Shown here in pieces: positions 9,449 to 19,958 of a stretch of DNA of 64,000 bases. Each line of letters begins with the position of its first letter. Position 1 is the first letter of the stretch. The position numbers were made by a program, and so were the translations under genes. The notes beneath the pieces were generated by a model. That model was not told the origin of the DNA. It made no database searches and saw nothing but the letters and a program-made list of their open reading frames with translations. The stretch spans positions 27,694-91,693 of the forward strand of contig JADJAC010000010.1 in assembly GCA_016704425.1 (NCBI GenBank). The letters are read 5' to 3'. This DNA is from Sphingomonadales bacterium. GTDB lineage: Bacteria; Pseudomonadota; Alphaproteobacteria; Sphingomonadales; Sphingomonadaceae.

Positions 9449-9476
9449 ACCAGGAAAAATCCACCAGACAGATGAT

Positions 9477-9509
9477 CAAAAAAGGGGCCGCCGCAGCGAC
9501 CCCTTTTTC
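9477..9509. terminator. bidirectional rho-independent terminator (pnp and the small-ORF transcript)
   Basis: AAAAAA-GGGGCCGC-CGCA-GCGACCCC-TTTTT. GC stem with one mismatch, flanked by an A-run and a T-run, 22 nt after the pnp stop. Confidence 0.65.
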
Positions 9510-9530
9510 ATTTCAGCGTGAAGACGACGA

Positions 9531-11852
9531 TCAATCGTCCTTGAGGAACGCCGGCACGAAGTTCGGATCGCCGCCTTCGCTGCCTTCCGAGCGCTCACGA
9601 CGCGGACCGCGATCTCCATCGCGGCGCGGACCACGATCACCGCGACCGCCGCCATCACGACGAGGACCACGATCACGATCGCCATCCCGACGCGGGCCGC
9701 GATCACCACGCGGTCCGCGATCTTCGCGCGGTTCGCGCGGCGGGCGGGTATCTTCGAGTTCGGCACCGGTTTCCTGATCAACGACCCGCATCGACAGGCG
9801 AACCTTGCCGCGCTGATCGATTTCGAGGACCTTGACCTTCACTTCCTGGCCTTCGGAAAGCACGTCGGAAACCTTTTCCGTCCGCTCGTTGCGAATTTCG
9901 GAGACGTGAACGAGACCGTCCTTGCCGCCCATGAAATTCACGAACGCGCCGAAATCGACCAGGTTGACGACCTTGCCGTCATAGATCTTGCCAACTTCGG
10001 GTTCCTCGACAATGCCGGAGATCCACTTGCGCGCGGCCTCGATCTGACTGAGGTCGGACGAGCTGATCTTGATCAGGCCTTCATCATCGATGTCGACCTT
10101 GGCGCCTGTGGTTGCAACGATTTCGCGGATCACCTTGCCGCCGGTCCCGATAATGTCACGGATCTTCGACTTGTCGATCTGCATTGTCTCAATGCGCGGA
10201 GCATGTGCCGAGAGCTCTTCACGGGTGTGATCAAGCGCCTTGGCCATTTCGCCAAGAATATGCGCCCGGCCTTCCTTGGCCTGGGTCAGCGCGACACGCA
10301 TGATCTCTTCGGTGATGCCCGCGATCTTGATGTCCATCTGCATCGTGGTGATGCCTTCGGACGTGCCGGCAACCTTGAAATCCATATCGCCGAGATGATC
10401 CTCGTCACCAAGGATATCCGAAAGGACGGCAAAGTCCTTGCCTTCGAGGATGAGGCCCATCGCGATGCCGGAAACGGCACGCGTGATCGGCACACCGGCA
10501 TCCATCATCGCCAGCGAGCCACCGCAGACCGACGCCATCGAAGACGAGCCGTTGGATTCGGTAATGTCAGAGGTCAGACGGATCGTGTAGGGGAAATCTT
10601 CCTTGGTGGGCAGCACACCGTGCAGCGCGCGCCAGGCGAGCTTGCCGTGGCCGACTTCACGACGGCCCGGAGCACCGAAGCGACCGACTTCGCCAACCGA
10701 ATAGGGCGGGAAGTTGTAGTGGAGCATGAAATGCTCGTAGCGCAGGCCGGTCAGCCCATCGATCATCTGTTCCGAATCCTTGGTGCCCAAGGTGCAGGTC
10801 GCAATCGTCTGGGTTTCGCCGCGGGTGAACAGGGCGGAACCATGTGCGCGGGGAAGGAAGTGCGTTTCCGCCACGATCGGGCGGATCTGCGTGGTCGTGC
10901 GGCCATCAATGCGGGTGCCGTCCTTCAGGATCGCACCGCGGACGATTTCGGCCTCGAGCTTCTTCATCAGCTTGTTGGCGGCCATCTGGTCCTGCGGGGC
11001 AGCATCAGAGAAGGCTTCCTTGGCCTTGGCACGGGCTTCATTCAACGCATTCGAGCGCGCCGACTTGTCCGTGATCTTGTAGGCAGCAGCAATATCCTTG
11101 CCGATGAGCTTCTTGAGCTTGTCCTTTGCGGCCGAGAGGTCGGCCTGTTCAGCCATTGGCCAGGGATCCTTTGCTGCCTGTTCGGCAAGCTTGACGATCT
11201 GCTTGATGACATCCTTGCACGCCTTGTGGGCGAACTGGACGGCACCGAGCATGACTTCTTCCGAAAGCTCCTTGGCTTCGGATTCGACCATCATCACCGC
11301 ATCATAGGTCGCGGCAACGACGAGATCGAGCTGGCCCGCTTCGACCTGTTCGTCGCTCGGGTTCAGGATATATTCGCCGTCGACATAGCCGACGCGCGCA
11401 GCACCGATCGGCCCCATGAAGGGCACGCCCGAAAGCGTCATCGCCGCCGAAGCCGCGACCATTGCAAGGATATCGGGCTCATTCTCGCCATCATAGGAGA
11501 GAACCTGGCAGATGCAGTTGATCTCGTTGTAAAAGCCTTCGGGGAACAGTGGCCGCAGCGGCCGGTCGATCAGGCGGGAAACGAGTGTTTCCTTTTCGGT
11601 GGCCCCGCGTTCGCGCTTGAAAAAGCCGCCGGGAATGCGGCCGGACGAGAAATATTTTTCCTGGTAGTTGACGGTCAGCGGGAAGAAATCCTGGCCTTCC
11701 TTGACCGACTTCGCCGCGGTGACCGCGCAAAGAACGACCGTTTCGCCGAGCGTCGCGATGACCGCGCCGTCAGCCTGGCGGGCAACCTTGCCCGTTTCGA
11801 GTGTCAGGGTTTGTCCGCCCCACTCGAGTGATACAGTTTTCGTGTTGAACAT
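9531..11852 (-). CDS. pnp: polyribonucleotide nucleotidyltransferase (PNPase) with Arg/Asp/Gly-repeat C-terminal tail
   Basis: 773 aa with two RNase PH domains, KH and S1 ([19 protein letters not shown]). The tail is [49 protein letters not shown]...FVPAFLKDD. Confidence 0.97.
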   Translation of the reverse strand: MFNTKTVSLEWGGQTLTLETGKVARQADGAVIATLGETVVLCAVTAAKSVKEGQDFFPLTVNYQEKYFSSGRIPGGFFKRERGATEKETLVSRLIDRPLRPLFPEGFYNEINCICQVLSYDGENEPDILAMVAASAAMTLSGVPFMGPIGAARVGYVDGEYILNPSDEQVEAGQLDLVVAATYDAVMMVESEAKELSEEVMLGAVQFAHKACKDVIKQIVKLAEQAAKDPWPMAEQADLSAAKDKLKKLIGKDIAAAYKITDKSARSNALNEARAKAKEAFSDAAPQDQMAANKLMKKLEAEIVRGAILKDGTRIDGRTTTQIRPIVAETHFLPRAHGSALFTRGETQTIATCTLGTKDSEQMIDGLTGLRYEHFMLHYNFPPYSVGEVGRFGAPGRREVGHGKLAWRALHGVLPTKEDFPYTIRLTSDITESNGSSSMASVCGGSLAMMDAGVPITRAVSGIAMGLILEGKDFAVLSDILGDEDHLGDMDFKVAGTSEGITTMQMDIKIAGITEEIMRVALTQAKEGRAHILGEMAKALDHTREELSAHAPRIETMQIDKSKIRDIIGTGGKVIREIVATTGAKVDIDDEGLIKISSSDLSQIEAARKWISGIVEEPEVGKIYDGKVVNLVDFGAFVNFMGGKDGLVHVSEIRNERTEKVSDVLSEGQEVKVKVLEIDQRGKVRLSMRVVDQETGAELEDTRPPREPREDRGPRGDRGPRRDGDRDRGPRRDGGGRGDRGPRRDGDRGPRRERSEGSEGGDPNFVPAFLKDD

Positions 11853-11952
11853 TTGATTTCCTTCGAACCAGCGGCCCTATGCGCGCTGGCTTCCTTCTGT
11901 GTGCGGACGGTTCGTCCGCCGCGCCGGTCAAACACCGAATTGTGATTGCCGG

Positions 11953-11985
11953 ATAACAAAACGGCCCCCGTCGATCGGAGGCCGT
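11953..11985 (-). terminator. rpsO terminator / pnp leader hairpin
   Basis: Minus strand reads ACGGCCUCCG-AUCGA-CGGGGGCCGU followed by UUUGUUAU, directly after the rpsO stop and 100 nt before the pnp ATG. Confidence 0.5.
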
Positions 11986-11991
11986 CTGGTG

Positions 11992-12261
11992 TTATTTACG
12001 AAGACCAAGCTTCGCGATGAGTGCCGCATAACGGTCGTGATCGATTCTCTTGAGATAATCGAGCAGCGAACGGCGGTTGTTGACGAGCATCAGCAAGCCG
12101 CGACGCGAATGATTGTCCTTCGCATGCGTCTTGAAATGCTCGGTAAGGTTGGTGATCCGTTCAGTCAGGATCGAAACCTGAACTTCGGGGGAACCGGTAT
12201 CGCCTTCATGGCGGGCATGTTCCTTGATGAGCGCCTGTTTGCGCTCTGCAGTAATTGTCAT
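11992..12261 (-). CDS. rpsO: 30S ribosomal protein S15
   Basis: 89 aa: [57 protein letters not shown]... Confidence 0.97.
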   Translation of the reverse strand: MTITAERKQALIKEHARHEGDTGSPEVQVSILTERITNLTEHFKTHAKDNHSRRGLLMLVNNRRSLLDYLKRIDHDRYAALIAKLGLRK

Positions 12262-12282
12262 CGTTTTTCCTTCGACATCTTT

Positions 12283-13179
12283 TCAAAGGTTGAATCGCCG
12301 CACGGTGCGGACGTTTCCGTCCAGAACCTCCACAAGCGCGAGCGGCGTTTCACCGTTCAGGGCAAGATGGAGGCCGCCTTGCGCGGCAATCCCGGTCAAG
12401 ACCTGCCCGTTATGGAGCAGCCTTGCCTGTTCCGGGGTAAGGGCGAGTGCCGGGATGTCGTCCAGCGCCGTCCTTATCGGCAAGGTCACGTCTTCAAGGG
12501 CGCGGGCCTTAGCCTTTTCCATGAGAATGTCCAGCGAAATCGCCTGATCGAGCCGGAACGGACCCGCCTTGGTCCGTCGGAGCATGCTGACATGGCCCAC
12601 TGTGCCGAGCGCGTGGGCAATATCCCGGGCGAGACTCCGGATATAGGTGCCCTTTGAAACTTGGGCAGTCAGGGTGACTTCCCCAACCGTCGCCCCTTCG
12701 CAGGGGCGACGGATAGAGAGATCGCGGATCGTCACCTGCCGGCTTTCCAAGATGACACCCTCCCCCGCCCGCGCCAGATCATAGGCGCGTTTCCCATCCA
12801 CCTTGAGAGCGGAAAAGGCCGGAGGGATCTGCGCAATGGCGCCTGTAAAGGCCGGGAGAACGTCCGTGATTTCTTCCATCGTCGGGCGGACGTCCGAAGT
12901 TGCAATCACCGTGCCCTCCAGATCGAGCGAGTCCGTCTCTGCGCCAAACGCGATCGTGAAGTCATAGCATTTGTCACTGTCGAGCATCCGCCCGGCAAGC
13001 TTGGTCGCCTCTCCCATCGCAATGGGCAGCACACCTGTCGCCAAGGGATCGAGCGTCCCGCCGTGGCCGACCTTCAGCTTGGGATAACCGCCGTCGCGCA
13101 ATGCACGCTTGACCGCACTGACGCCGGCCGTCGAGCCGAGGCCAAGCGGCTTGTCCAGGATGATCCAGCCATTGGGCAT
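12283..13179 (-). CDS. truB: tRNA pseudouridine(55) synthase
   Basis: GWIILDKPLGLGS...VGHGGTLDPLATGVLPIAMGEATK, including the catalytic Asp motif. Confidence 0.93.
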   Translation of the reverse strand: MPNGWIILDKPLGLGSTAGVSAVKRALRDGGYPKLKVGHGGTLDPLATGVLPIAMGEATKLAGRMLDSDKCYDFTIAFGAETDSLDLEGTVIATSDVRPTMEEITDVLPAFTGAIAQIPPAFSALKVDGKRAYDLARAGEGVILESRQVTIRDLSIRRPCEGATVGEVTLTAQVSKGTYIRSLARDIAHALGTVGHVSMLRRTKAGPFRLDQAISLDILMEKAKARALEDVTLPIRTALDDIPALALTPEQARLLHNGQVLTGIAAQGGLHLALNGETPLALVEVLDGNVRTVRRFNL

Positions 13180-13180
13180 A

Positions 13181-13861
13181 TCAGCCGAAAAGCGAGAGGA
13201 ACCGCGCTCCCAGCCCCAGGATCCATTCGACCGGCGGCCCGATCAGCTGCGGCACCACGGCTGCTCTGGGAGAGAGCATCGGCAGCACGACAATGAGCAG
13301 GATCATGAGCGGGAAGCCATAGCGCGCAAGGCGGGCATAGCGTCGGCCGAGCGAGGGAGGCAGAAGGCCTTCAACGACATGACCACCGTCAAAGGGCGGC
13401 AAAGGGAGCAGGTTGAAGACCCCAAGCATGACGTTGATTATGGCGAAGTTGATCAGGTTGGCGTTGATAAAGGCAACCGCAATGCCCGGGTTCTGTCCAA
13501 AGCCGACGAGCAGAGCGCCGAGTGCCACAAATGTCAGCGCGGCAAGCATAAAATTCATGCCCGGCCCGGCCAACGCGACAAACATCATGTGCACACGTGG
13601 ATTGCGCAACCGGCGCTTGTCGACCGGGACCGGCTTCGCCCAGCCAAAAATGGGAGCACCAGCGAGAGCCAGGCCCATCGGGAGTATGATTGTGCCAATG
13701 GGATCGACATGGCGGATCGGATTGAGGCTCAACCGGCCCATTCGCCCAGCAGTCGGATCACCGAAGAGCCGTGCGACCCAGCCATGCGCCACTTCGTGAA
13801 AGACGATCGCGATGACCAGCGGGACGATCCAGGTCGCGGCCTGGTAGATTGCATCTGACAT
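13181..13861 (-). CDS. site-2 protease (M50) family membrane metalloprotease
   Basis: HEVAHG (HExxH) in the first TM region; multi-pass hydrophobic protein. Confidence 0.8.
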   Translation of the reverse strand: MSDAIYQAATWIVPLVIAIVFHEVAHGWVARLFGDPTAGRMGRLSLNPIRHVDPIGTIILPMGLALAGAPIFGWAKPVPVDKRRLRNPRVHMMFVALAGPGMNFMLAALTFVALGALLVGFGQNPGIAVAFINANLINFAIINVMLGVFNLLPLPPFDGGHVVEGLLPPSLGRRYARLARYGFPLMILLIVVLPMLSPRAAVVPQLIGPPVEWILGLGARFLSLFG

Positions 13862-14977
13862 TCAGCGGCAATACCGCGCGCGGAAGCTGCTGGCAAAGGC
13901 CGATAGCGAGCCTGAGGCAATCGCCTCGCGAAGACCGGCCATCAATTGCTGGTAGAACCAGAGATTATGCTCGGTCATCAGCATCGCACCCAGCATTTCG
14001 CCCGACCGGACGAGGTGATGCAGATAGGCCTTGCTCCACTGTGCGGTCGGTGAATCCGGATCGAGCGGTGCTTCATCCTCGGCGAATTTCGCATTGCGGA
14101 TATTGACCGGGCCATCCCAGGTAAAGGCTTGGCCATTGCGTCCCGAGCGGGTCGGCAAGACGCAATCGAACATGTCGATCCCGCGCTCGACAGCCCCCAC
14201 GAGATCATCCGGCTTCCCGACCCCCATCAGGTAGCGCGGCCGATCTTCGGGCAATTGTCCCGGCGCATAGTCAAGGCAGGCAAACATGGCCTCCTGCCCT
14301 TCGCCTACCGCAAGGCCGCCAATCGCATAGCCGTCAAAGCCGATATCGATAAGGGCATCGGCGGACACTTTGCGCAGGTTCTCGTCAAGCGATCCCTGCT
14401 GGATCCCGAACAGGGCAGCACGCGATGCATGTTCATCGTCGTCGTCGAATGCGATCCGTGAGCGCCTTGCCCAGCGCATCGAGCGCTCCATCGAAAGCGC
14501 CGCTTCCTCGCGGGTCGCACCGTTCTTCGTGCATTCGTCAAAAGCCATCACGATGTCAGACCCCAGCAAACGCTGAATTTCCATCGAGCGTTCGGGCGTG
14601 ATGAGGTGCTTCGACCCGTCAAGGTGCGAGGAAAAGGCAACGCCTTCTTCGCTCATCTTCGTGAGCGCCGACAGCGACATGACCTGATAGCCGCCGCTGT
14701 CCGTCAGGATCGGCCGGTTCCACTGCATGAACCGGTGCAGGCCGCCAAGCCGCGCCACGCGTTCCGCGCCGGGCCGGAGCATCAGGTGATAGGTGTTGCC
14801 AAGAATGATGTCCGCGCCAAGCGCTTCGACATCGGCCGGCTTCATCCCCTTGACCGTTGCCGCCGTCCCGACCGGCATGAACGCCGGCGTGCGAATCTCG
14901 CCGCGCTGCATCCGGATGACTCCCGTTCGCGCCCTGCCGTCTGTTGCGGCGATCTGGAAGGAAAAGCGATCGGACAT
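13862..14977 (-). CDS. tgt: tRNA-guanine transglycosylase (queuine tRNA-ribosyltransferase)
   Basis: MSDRFSFQI...[23 protein letters not shown]...[10 protein letters not shown]... ATG at 14977; the track extends to 15016. Confidence 0.93.
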   Translation of the reverse strand: MSDRFSFQIAATDGRARTGVIRMQRGEIRTPAFMPVGTAATVKGMKPADVEALGADIILGNTYHLMLRPGAERVARLGGLHRFMQWNRPILTDSGGYQVMSLSALTKMSEEGVAFSSHLDGSKHLITPERSMEIQRLLGSDIVMAFDECTKNGATREEAALSMERSMRWARRSRIAFDDDDEHASRAALFGIQQGSLDENLRKVSADALIDIGFDGYAIGGLAVGEGQEAMFACLDYAPGQLPEDRPRYLMGVGKPDDLVGAVERGIDMFDCVLPTRSGRNGQAFTWDGPVNIRNAKFAEDEAPLDPDSPTAQWSKAYLHHLVRSGEMLGAMLMTEHNLWFYQQLMAGLREAIASGSLSAFASSFRARYCR

Positions 14978-15071
14978 GGGCGGCGGCCTATAGCGGCACT
15001 TTGCCAACGGTTTCAACTTTGGCCGAATGGCGATAGGCGGGATACGAATTTCGATTCGTCAGGAACATGGA

Positions 15072-15773
15072 ATGACTGACCCGCACCCGCTCGACCGGCC
15101 TGCCTGGAACGCGCTCAAGTCTGGCTGGGCGGCGCTTGCGCAGGGCAATGAACAGGCGCTCCGCCTTGAGCCGGATCACGGCCCCTTTGGTGCCTCGGCC
15201 GATTTCAGCGAATCTGCGCTGACGGAACTCGCAGCCCTGATCCCGCCCGGCGGGGAAATCTGGACCACGGAAGGACACGAAATCCCCGACCTTCCCGGCG
15301 CCATGCGGCTCCGTTCGGCAGGGCTGGTCCAGATGGTTGCGAGCAGCCTCAACCCGATGGCGGGGCAGGACGAGATTCTTGATCTGCAGGAAGTCGACTC
15401 TGCCGAAATGCGCGCGCTCGCACATTTGACGCAACCGGGCCCCTTCTTTCCGCTGACGCACAGGCTAGGCAATTTCGTCGGCATCAGGCGCGAGGGGACG
15501 CTGGTCGCTATGGCCGGGGAACGGATGCGGCTGGACGGCTATTGCGAAGTCAGCGGCGTCTGCACACGTCCGGAATGCCGGGGACAGGGTCTTGCCGGTG
15601 CGATGATGAGCGTGGTTGCGGCCCGCATCTTCGATCGCGGCGAAACGCCGTTTCTGCACAGCTATGCCACGAATGCAGGTGCGATTGCGCTCTACGAACG
15701 CCTCGGTTTCGCCATTCGCAAGCCGATGACAGTCACGATTTTCGGGGCGAAGCCGCCGGAGGCCAGATCTTAG
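15072..15773 (+). CDS. GNAT-family N-acetyltransferase
   Basis: C-terminal acetyl-CoA motif VCTRPECRGQGLAGAMM and ALYERLGF. ATG at 15072. Confidence 0.8.
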   Translation: MTDPHPLDRPAWNALKSGWAALAQGNEQALRLEPDHGPFGASADFSESALTELAALIPPGGEIWTTEGHEIPDLPGAMRLRSAGLVQMVASSLNPMAGQDEILDLQEVDSAEMRALAHLTQPGPFFPLTHRLGNFVGIRREGTLVAMAGERMRLDGYCEVSGVCTRPECRGQGLAGAMMSVVAARIFDRGETPFLHSYATNAGAIALYERLGFAIRKPMTVTIFGAKPPEARS

Positions 15774-15857
15774 ACTCTGTTCGTTTTGGATAGAAGGACC
15801 GTCGCCCCTGCGCAGGGGCAACGATTCCACCTCAACAGAACAGGCTCGAGCTTCCCG

Positions 15858-16886
15858 TCATCCCGGCAGCAGCAAACTCGCATCCCCATAGCTGTAGAAC
15901 CGGTAGCCCGCCGCGATGGCATGGGCATAGGCCGCCTGCATGCGCTCACGGCCCATCAATGCACTGACCAGCATGAAGAGGGTCGAGCGCGGCAGGTGGA
16001 AATTGGTCATCAGCCCGTCGATTCCCTTGAACCGATATCCGGGTGTGATGAAGATCGACGTATCGCCTTCGAAGGGCTGGATCTGTCCGCCTGCATCGCA
16101 GGCGCTTTCGATCAGGCGGAGCGATGTCGTGCCAACGGCAATCAGGCGCCCGCCGGACGCGCGCACGGCATTGAGGCGCGCCGCCGTTTCCGCATCGATC
16201 CGCCCCCATTCGGCATGCATGCGATGCTGGTCGGTATTGTCGACCTTGACTGGAAGGAATGTGCCGGCCCCGACATGGAGCGTGAGGGTTTCATGTCCGA
16301 CGCCTGCACCGCCCAATGCCGCGAGCAGGCCGGGGGTGAAATGCAGCGCAGCCGTGGGTGCGGCCACTGCACCGGGTTCATCTGCGAACATGGTCTGATA
16401 GTCGGTCGCATCGCGCGCATCGGTCGGCCGATTGCCTGCGATATAAGGGGGCAGCGGCATCGTTCCCGCCCGCTCAAGCAGCACTTCGACCGGATCTTCC
16501 CCTTCGAAGGAGAGGAGCCAGCTTCCGTCATCGCCGCGCTGGGTGGCGACCGCGAAAACATCGGCCCCGAAGTCGATCCTGTCTCCTTCGCGCAAGCGCT
16601 TTGCATTGCGCACGAACGCGCGCCAGTTGCGCAGGCTTTCGCGCTTGTGGAGCGTTGCGCCGATCCGGGCCTCGCCTCTGCGGCCTTCAAGCTGAGCCGG
16701 GATGACGCGGGTGTCATTGAAGACAAGGCAATCCCCGGCGCGCAATTGGGCCGGCAGGTCGGACACATGCAGATCGCGCGTCTGGCCCGCATCAAGCACC
16801 AGCATTCGCGCCGAATCGCGCGGGCTGGCAGGTCTCAGGGCAATCCGTTCCGACGGCAGTTCAAAGTCGAACAGGTCGACGCGCAT
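15858..16886 (-). CDS. queA: S-adenosylmethionine:tRNA ribosyltransferase-isomerase
   Basis: [30 protein letters not shown]...LPPYI...TLHVGAGTF. The ATG at 16886 shares 1 nt with the upstream cyclophilin stop (TGATG). Confidence 0.92.
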   Translation of the reverse strand: MRVDLFDFELPSERIALRPASPRDSARMLVLDAGQTRDLHVSDLPAQLRAGDCLVFNDTRVIPAQLEGRRGEARIGATLHKRESLRNWRAFVRNAKRLREGDRIDFGADVFAVATQRGDDGSWLLSFEGEDPVEVLLERAGTMPLPPYIAGNRPTDARDATDYQTMFADEPGAVAAPTAALHFTPGLLAALGGAGVGHETLTLHVGAGTFLPVKVDNTDQHRMHAEWGRIDAETAARLNAVRASGGRLIAVGTTSLRLIESACDAGGQIQPFEGDTSIFITPGYRFKGIDGLMTNFHLPRSTLFMLVSALMGRERMQAAYAHAIAAGYRFYSYGDASLLLPG

Positions 16887-17575
16887 CAGGGGTTGGGCTT
16901 GGGCGCCTCGGGCGCTGGGGCGGGCTCTGCAGCTGGCGGCGGTGCGGCAGCCGGCGCGGGTATGACAAGCGGAATCCGAGGCGCATCGCGGCCATCCGCT
17001 TCGATCCAAACGCGGACAATCTTCGACGGTTCATCCGCGACGCGGCCGTCAATGGGATCGCCACGCTTGATCGCATCCACAAACTGCATGCCGGAGGTCA
17101 CGCGGCCGAATGCCGTATATTTCCGGTCGAGCCGCACGGTCGGCTGGAAGCAGATGAAGAACTGGCTGTTGGCCGTATCGGGCTGGTCAGTGCGCGCCAT
17201 CGAGACAACACCGCGAAGGTGCGGCAGATCGTTGAACTCCGCCTTCAGGTCAGGCAGCGGAGAACCGCCCTCACCTGTCCCCTTGGGGTCTCCGGTCTGT
17301 GCCATGAAGCCCTCGATGACGCGGTGAAAGACGACGCCATCATAAAAGCCGGCGCGGGCCAGCGTGCGGACGCGCTCAACGCTGGCGGGCGCCTTGTCCG
17401 GCCGCATCAGGATCACGACTTCGCCGCCGGTCGATAATTCAAGATGCAGGATATTCTGGGGATCGGGCGCCGGCGGCGGCGCAGCTGGCGGCACTTGCGC
17501 AACAGCCATGCCGGCCAGAAGGCCAAGCGACACAAGAAACAGTTTCAACAAACGCATCGATACCCCTCTCTTCAT
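16886..17575 (-). CDS. secreted cyclophilin-type peptidyl-prolyl isomerase with Pro/Ala-rich tail
   Basis: Signal peptide, then [15 protein letters not shown]...SMAR...NSQFFI, and a C-terminal [24 protein letters not shown] tail. Confidence 0.9.
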   Translation of the reverse strand: MKRGVSMRLLKLFLVSLGLLAGMAVAQVPPAAPPPAPDPQNILHLELSTGGEVVILMRPDKAPASVERVRTLARAGFYDGVVFHRVIEGFMAQTGDPKGTGEGGSPLPDLKAEFNDLPHLRGVVSMARTDQPDTANSQFFICFQPTVRLDRKYTAFGRVTSGMQFVDAIKRGDPIDGRVADEPSKIVRVWIEADGRDAPRIPLVIPAPAAAPPPAAEPAPAPEAPKPNP

Positions 17576-17618
17576 CCTGAGACGGCCCGTAAAACCTGGC
17601 AGATGAACGCGACCAGAA

Positions 17619-18125
17619 CTAATCCCCTTTGCGGCCGATCTGTTCGACCCGCGCCCTTACATCCTTTTCGACCGCAGGCGCGACGAACTTGTGGATGTCA
17701 CCGCCGTAAATGGCAATTTCCTTGACCAGCTTTGACGCAATCGGCTGCAGCGCCACATCAGCCATCAGAAAGACGGTTTCAATCTCTGCATCAAGCTGCT
17801 GGTTCATGCCCGCCATCTGATATTCATACTCGAAATCGGCAACGGCCCGCAGCCCACGCACGATGACCGACGCCTTCTGGCTTCTCGCAAACTTCATGAG
17901 CAAGGCATCAAAGGCGACGACTTCGATCGTGCCGGCCACATCTGCGACTTCTCGCCGGACCATTGCCATGCGCTCGTCCAACGAAAACATCGGGGATTTG
18001 GACGGATTCGTCGTTACGCCGATGACGAGGCGGTCGACGAGTTTTGCGCCGCGCCTGATAATATCCATATGCCCGAGCGTGATCGGATCAAATGTCCCGG
18101 GATATACACCGATCCGTTCCATCAC
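17619..18125 (-). CDS. coaD: pantetheine-phosphate adenylyltransferase
   Basis: GVYPGTFDPITLGHMDII, the nucleotidyltransferase (T/H)xGH motif. 168 aa. Confidence 0.93.
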   Translation of the reverse strand: MMERIGVYPGTFDPITLGHMDIIRRGAKLVDRLVIGVTTNPSKSPMFSLDERMAMVRREVADVAGTIEVVAFDALLMKFARSQKASVIVRGLRAVADFEYEYQMAGMNQQLDAEIETVFLMADVALQPIASKLVKEIAIYGGDIHKFVAPAVEKDVRARVEQIGRKGD

Positions 18126-19039
18126 TTGTCCCTTTCAATCGTGAATCGCGCAATCTGCCGCAGCAGGTCAGCCTCGCTGCCGAAGTGGCCCAGATGGGCT
18201 ATGGCCTGATCGACGAGCGCGCGCGACTGCAATTTGGCACGCTCGATTCCAAGCACGGACAGGAAGGTTGCCTTGCCTTGACCGGCATCCTTGCCGAGTG
18301 CCTTGCCCGCAACCTCCTCACTGCCCTCGACATCGAGAATATCGTCGGCGATCTGGAAGGCGAGGCCGATGTCACGCGCATAACCGCGCAGCGGTGCCCG
18401 GCCCTCGGGCGGCAGCCGTCCCATGATTGCACCGGCCTCGATGCAGAACCCGATCAGCGCGCCTGTCTTCAATTGCTGGAGCCGCGTGACGGTCTGCAGG
18501 TCATAGGTCCTGTGTTCCGCTTCGAGATCCATCATCTGGCCGCCAGCCATCCCGTCCGGCCCGCTTGCACGCGCGAGTTCAAGGACCAGTTCGCACCGGA
18601 CGAACGGATCGCTGTGCGTCGCTTCGTCGGCGAGCAATTCGAACGCCAGTGCGTGGAGCGAATCCCCGGCAAGAATGGCTGTTGCTTCGTCAAACGCCTT
18701 GTGAACGGTCGGCTTGCCGCGACGCAGATCGTCATTGTCCATCGCCGGAAGATCGTCATGCACAAGCGAATAGACATGAATGCATTCAATCGCAGTCGCA
18801 ACCCGCAAGGCAGCTTCGGTATCTACGTGAAAAAGCGTGCAGGAGGCCGTAACGAGCAGCGGACGCAGCCGCTTCCCGCCGCCGATTGTCGCATGACGCA
18901 TGGCCTCGAAAAGCCGCCTTCTGGGATCTTCAGGAACGGGCAACAGGAGATCGAACTGACGATCCATCGCTTCGGCAATGCCATCCATTGCTGCCACAAG
19001 GCCAGGCGACGGTGCGGCCACGGGTCCTTCAGCCGCCAT
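18122..19039 (-). CDS. ispA: polyprenyl (farnesyl/geranylgeranyl) diphosphate synthase
   Basis: First and second Asp-rich motifs are present ([26 protein letters not shown]). Start is uncertain: ATG at 19039 or 19069. Confidence 0.88.
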   Translation of the reverse strand: MAAEGPVAAPSPGLVAAMDGIAEAMDRQFDLLLPVPEDPRRRLFEAMRHATIGGGKRLRPLLVTASCTLFHVDTEAALRVATAIECIHVYSLVHDDLPAMDNDDLRRGKPTVHKAFDEATAILAGDSLHALAFELLADEATHSDPFVRCELVLELARASGPDGMAGGQMMDLEAEHRTYDLQTVTRLQQLKTGALIGFCIEAGAIMGRLPPEGRAPLRGYARDIGLAFQIADDILDVEGSEEVAGKALGKDAGQGKATFLSVLGIERAKLQSRALVDQAIAHLGHFGSEADLLRQIARFTIERDK

Positions 19040-19268
19040 CGAATGCGTCGATACCGGAGGGTCTGCCATCCGGTCCGAGGCTGATCTTTTCAATACGCGC
19101 CTGCGCGTCTTTCAGGCGCGCTTCGCATTGCGCACGCAAGGCATCGCCGCGCGTATAGAGACCGATCGATTCATCCAGGCTGGCTTCGCCCGATTCGAGA
19201 CGCGCGACAATCGTTTCGAGCTGCTTCAGCGCGTCTTCGAAAGTCAGGGTGGAAATGTCGTCAACCAT
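19029..19268 (-). CDS. xseB: exodeoxyribonuclease VII small subunit
   Basis: 79 aa: [34 protein letters not shown]. Confidence 0.9.
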   Translation of the reverse strand: MVDDISTLTFEDALKQLETIVARLESGEASLDESIGLYTRGDALRAQCEARLKDAQARIEKISLGPDGRPSGIDAFDGG

Positions 19269-19301
19269 TGCCAGCTTCTGTGGCCTTGCCGCAATGCGCG
19301 G

Positions 19302-19958
19302 TCAAGCGGATAGCGGAATGCAAATAGCGTCTTCGAGGTCCGCAAGGGCTTGTGCCTCACTCACCACCTTGATCGCGCGCATGCCCAGCGCGGCTGCCGG
19401 TTTGCAGTTGATGCCGAGATCGTCAAGATAGACACACTGCGCCGGCGCGACGCCAAGCGCATCGCACATCATCAGGTAGATGCGCGGATCGGGCTTGCGA
19501 ATCCCGGCCTTTGAACTTTCGATTACATGATCGAACCGCGCCATGATTGCCCCGATCGATGCAGCCTTGCCCAGCGTCAAAGCCATGCCGGCGCCATGGC
19601 CTGCAGGAACATTGTTGGTGATGCAGCCCGTGCGGAAGCCGCACGACTTGATCGTATCGATCGCGGCGACCATTGCAGGCCGGACATCGCCGGACAGCAG
19701 AGCAAGGATTTCCGCGCCACGGACGTCATGCCCGATACGCGCCGCTTCTTCAGCAAAAAGCCTGTCAAAAGCGGCTGCGTCAATTTCCGCCCTCTCGAAC
19801 CGCGCCCATGCATTGCTGTCGGGATCGGTGGCATTGATCCGCCGAATCGTGTCCGCAGGGAGGCCGCGTTCGGCTTCATACCGCGAAAAGGCCTCGAATG
19901 GCGAAGAGGTTACGACGCCGCCAAAATCCCAGATGACAGCCTTCACATCAACTTGCAT
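19302..19958 (-). CDS. HAD-superfamily hydrolase
   Basis: Motif I VIWDFGGVV, plus ITNN and a C-terminal YLDDLGIN (DD motif). ATG at 19958 overlaps the upstream MBL gene by 11 nt. Confidence 0.8.
   Translation of the reverse strand: MQVDVKAVIWDFGGVVTSSPFEAFSRYEAERGLPADTIRRINATDPDSNAWARFERAEIDAAAFDRLFAEEAARIGHDVRGAEILALLSGDVRPAMVAAIDTIKSCGFRTGCITNNVPAGHGAGMALTLGKAASIGAIMARFDHVIESSKAGIRKPDPRIYLMMCDALGVAPAQCVYLDDLGINCKPAAALGMRAIKVVSEAQALADLEDAICIPLSA

Noticed and set aside
9590-9740. Tandem DNA repeats that could be mistaken for a repeat array or VNTR
   Set aside because: They lie in frame inside pnp and encode the RGPRRDGD tail. The units are degenerate with no spacers, so this is not a CRISPR array or intergenic repeat.
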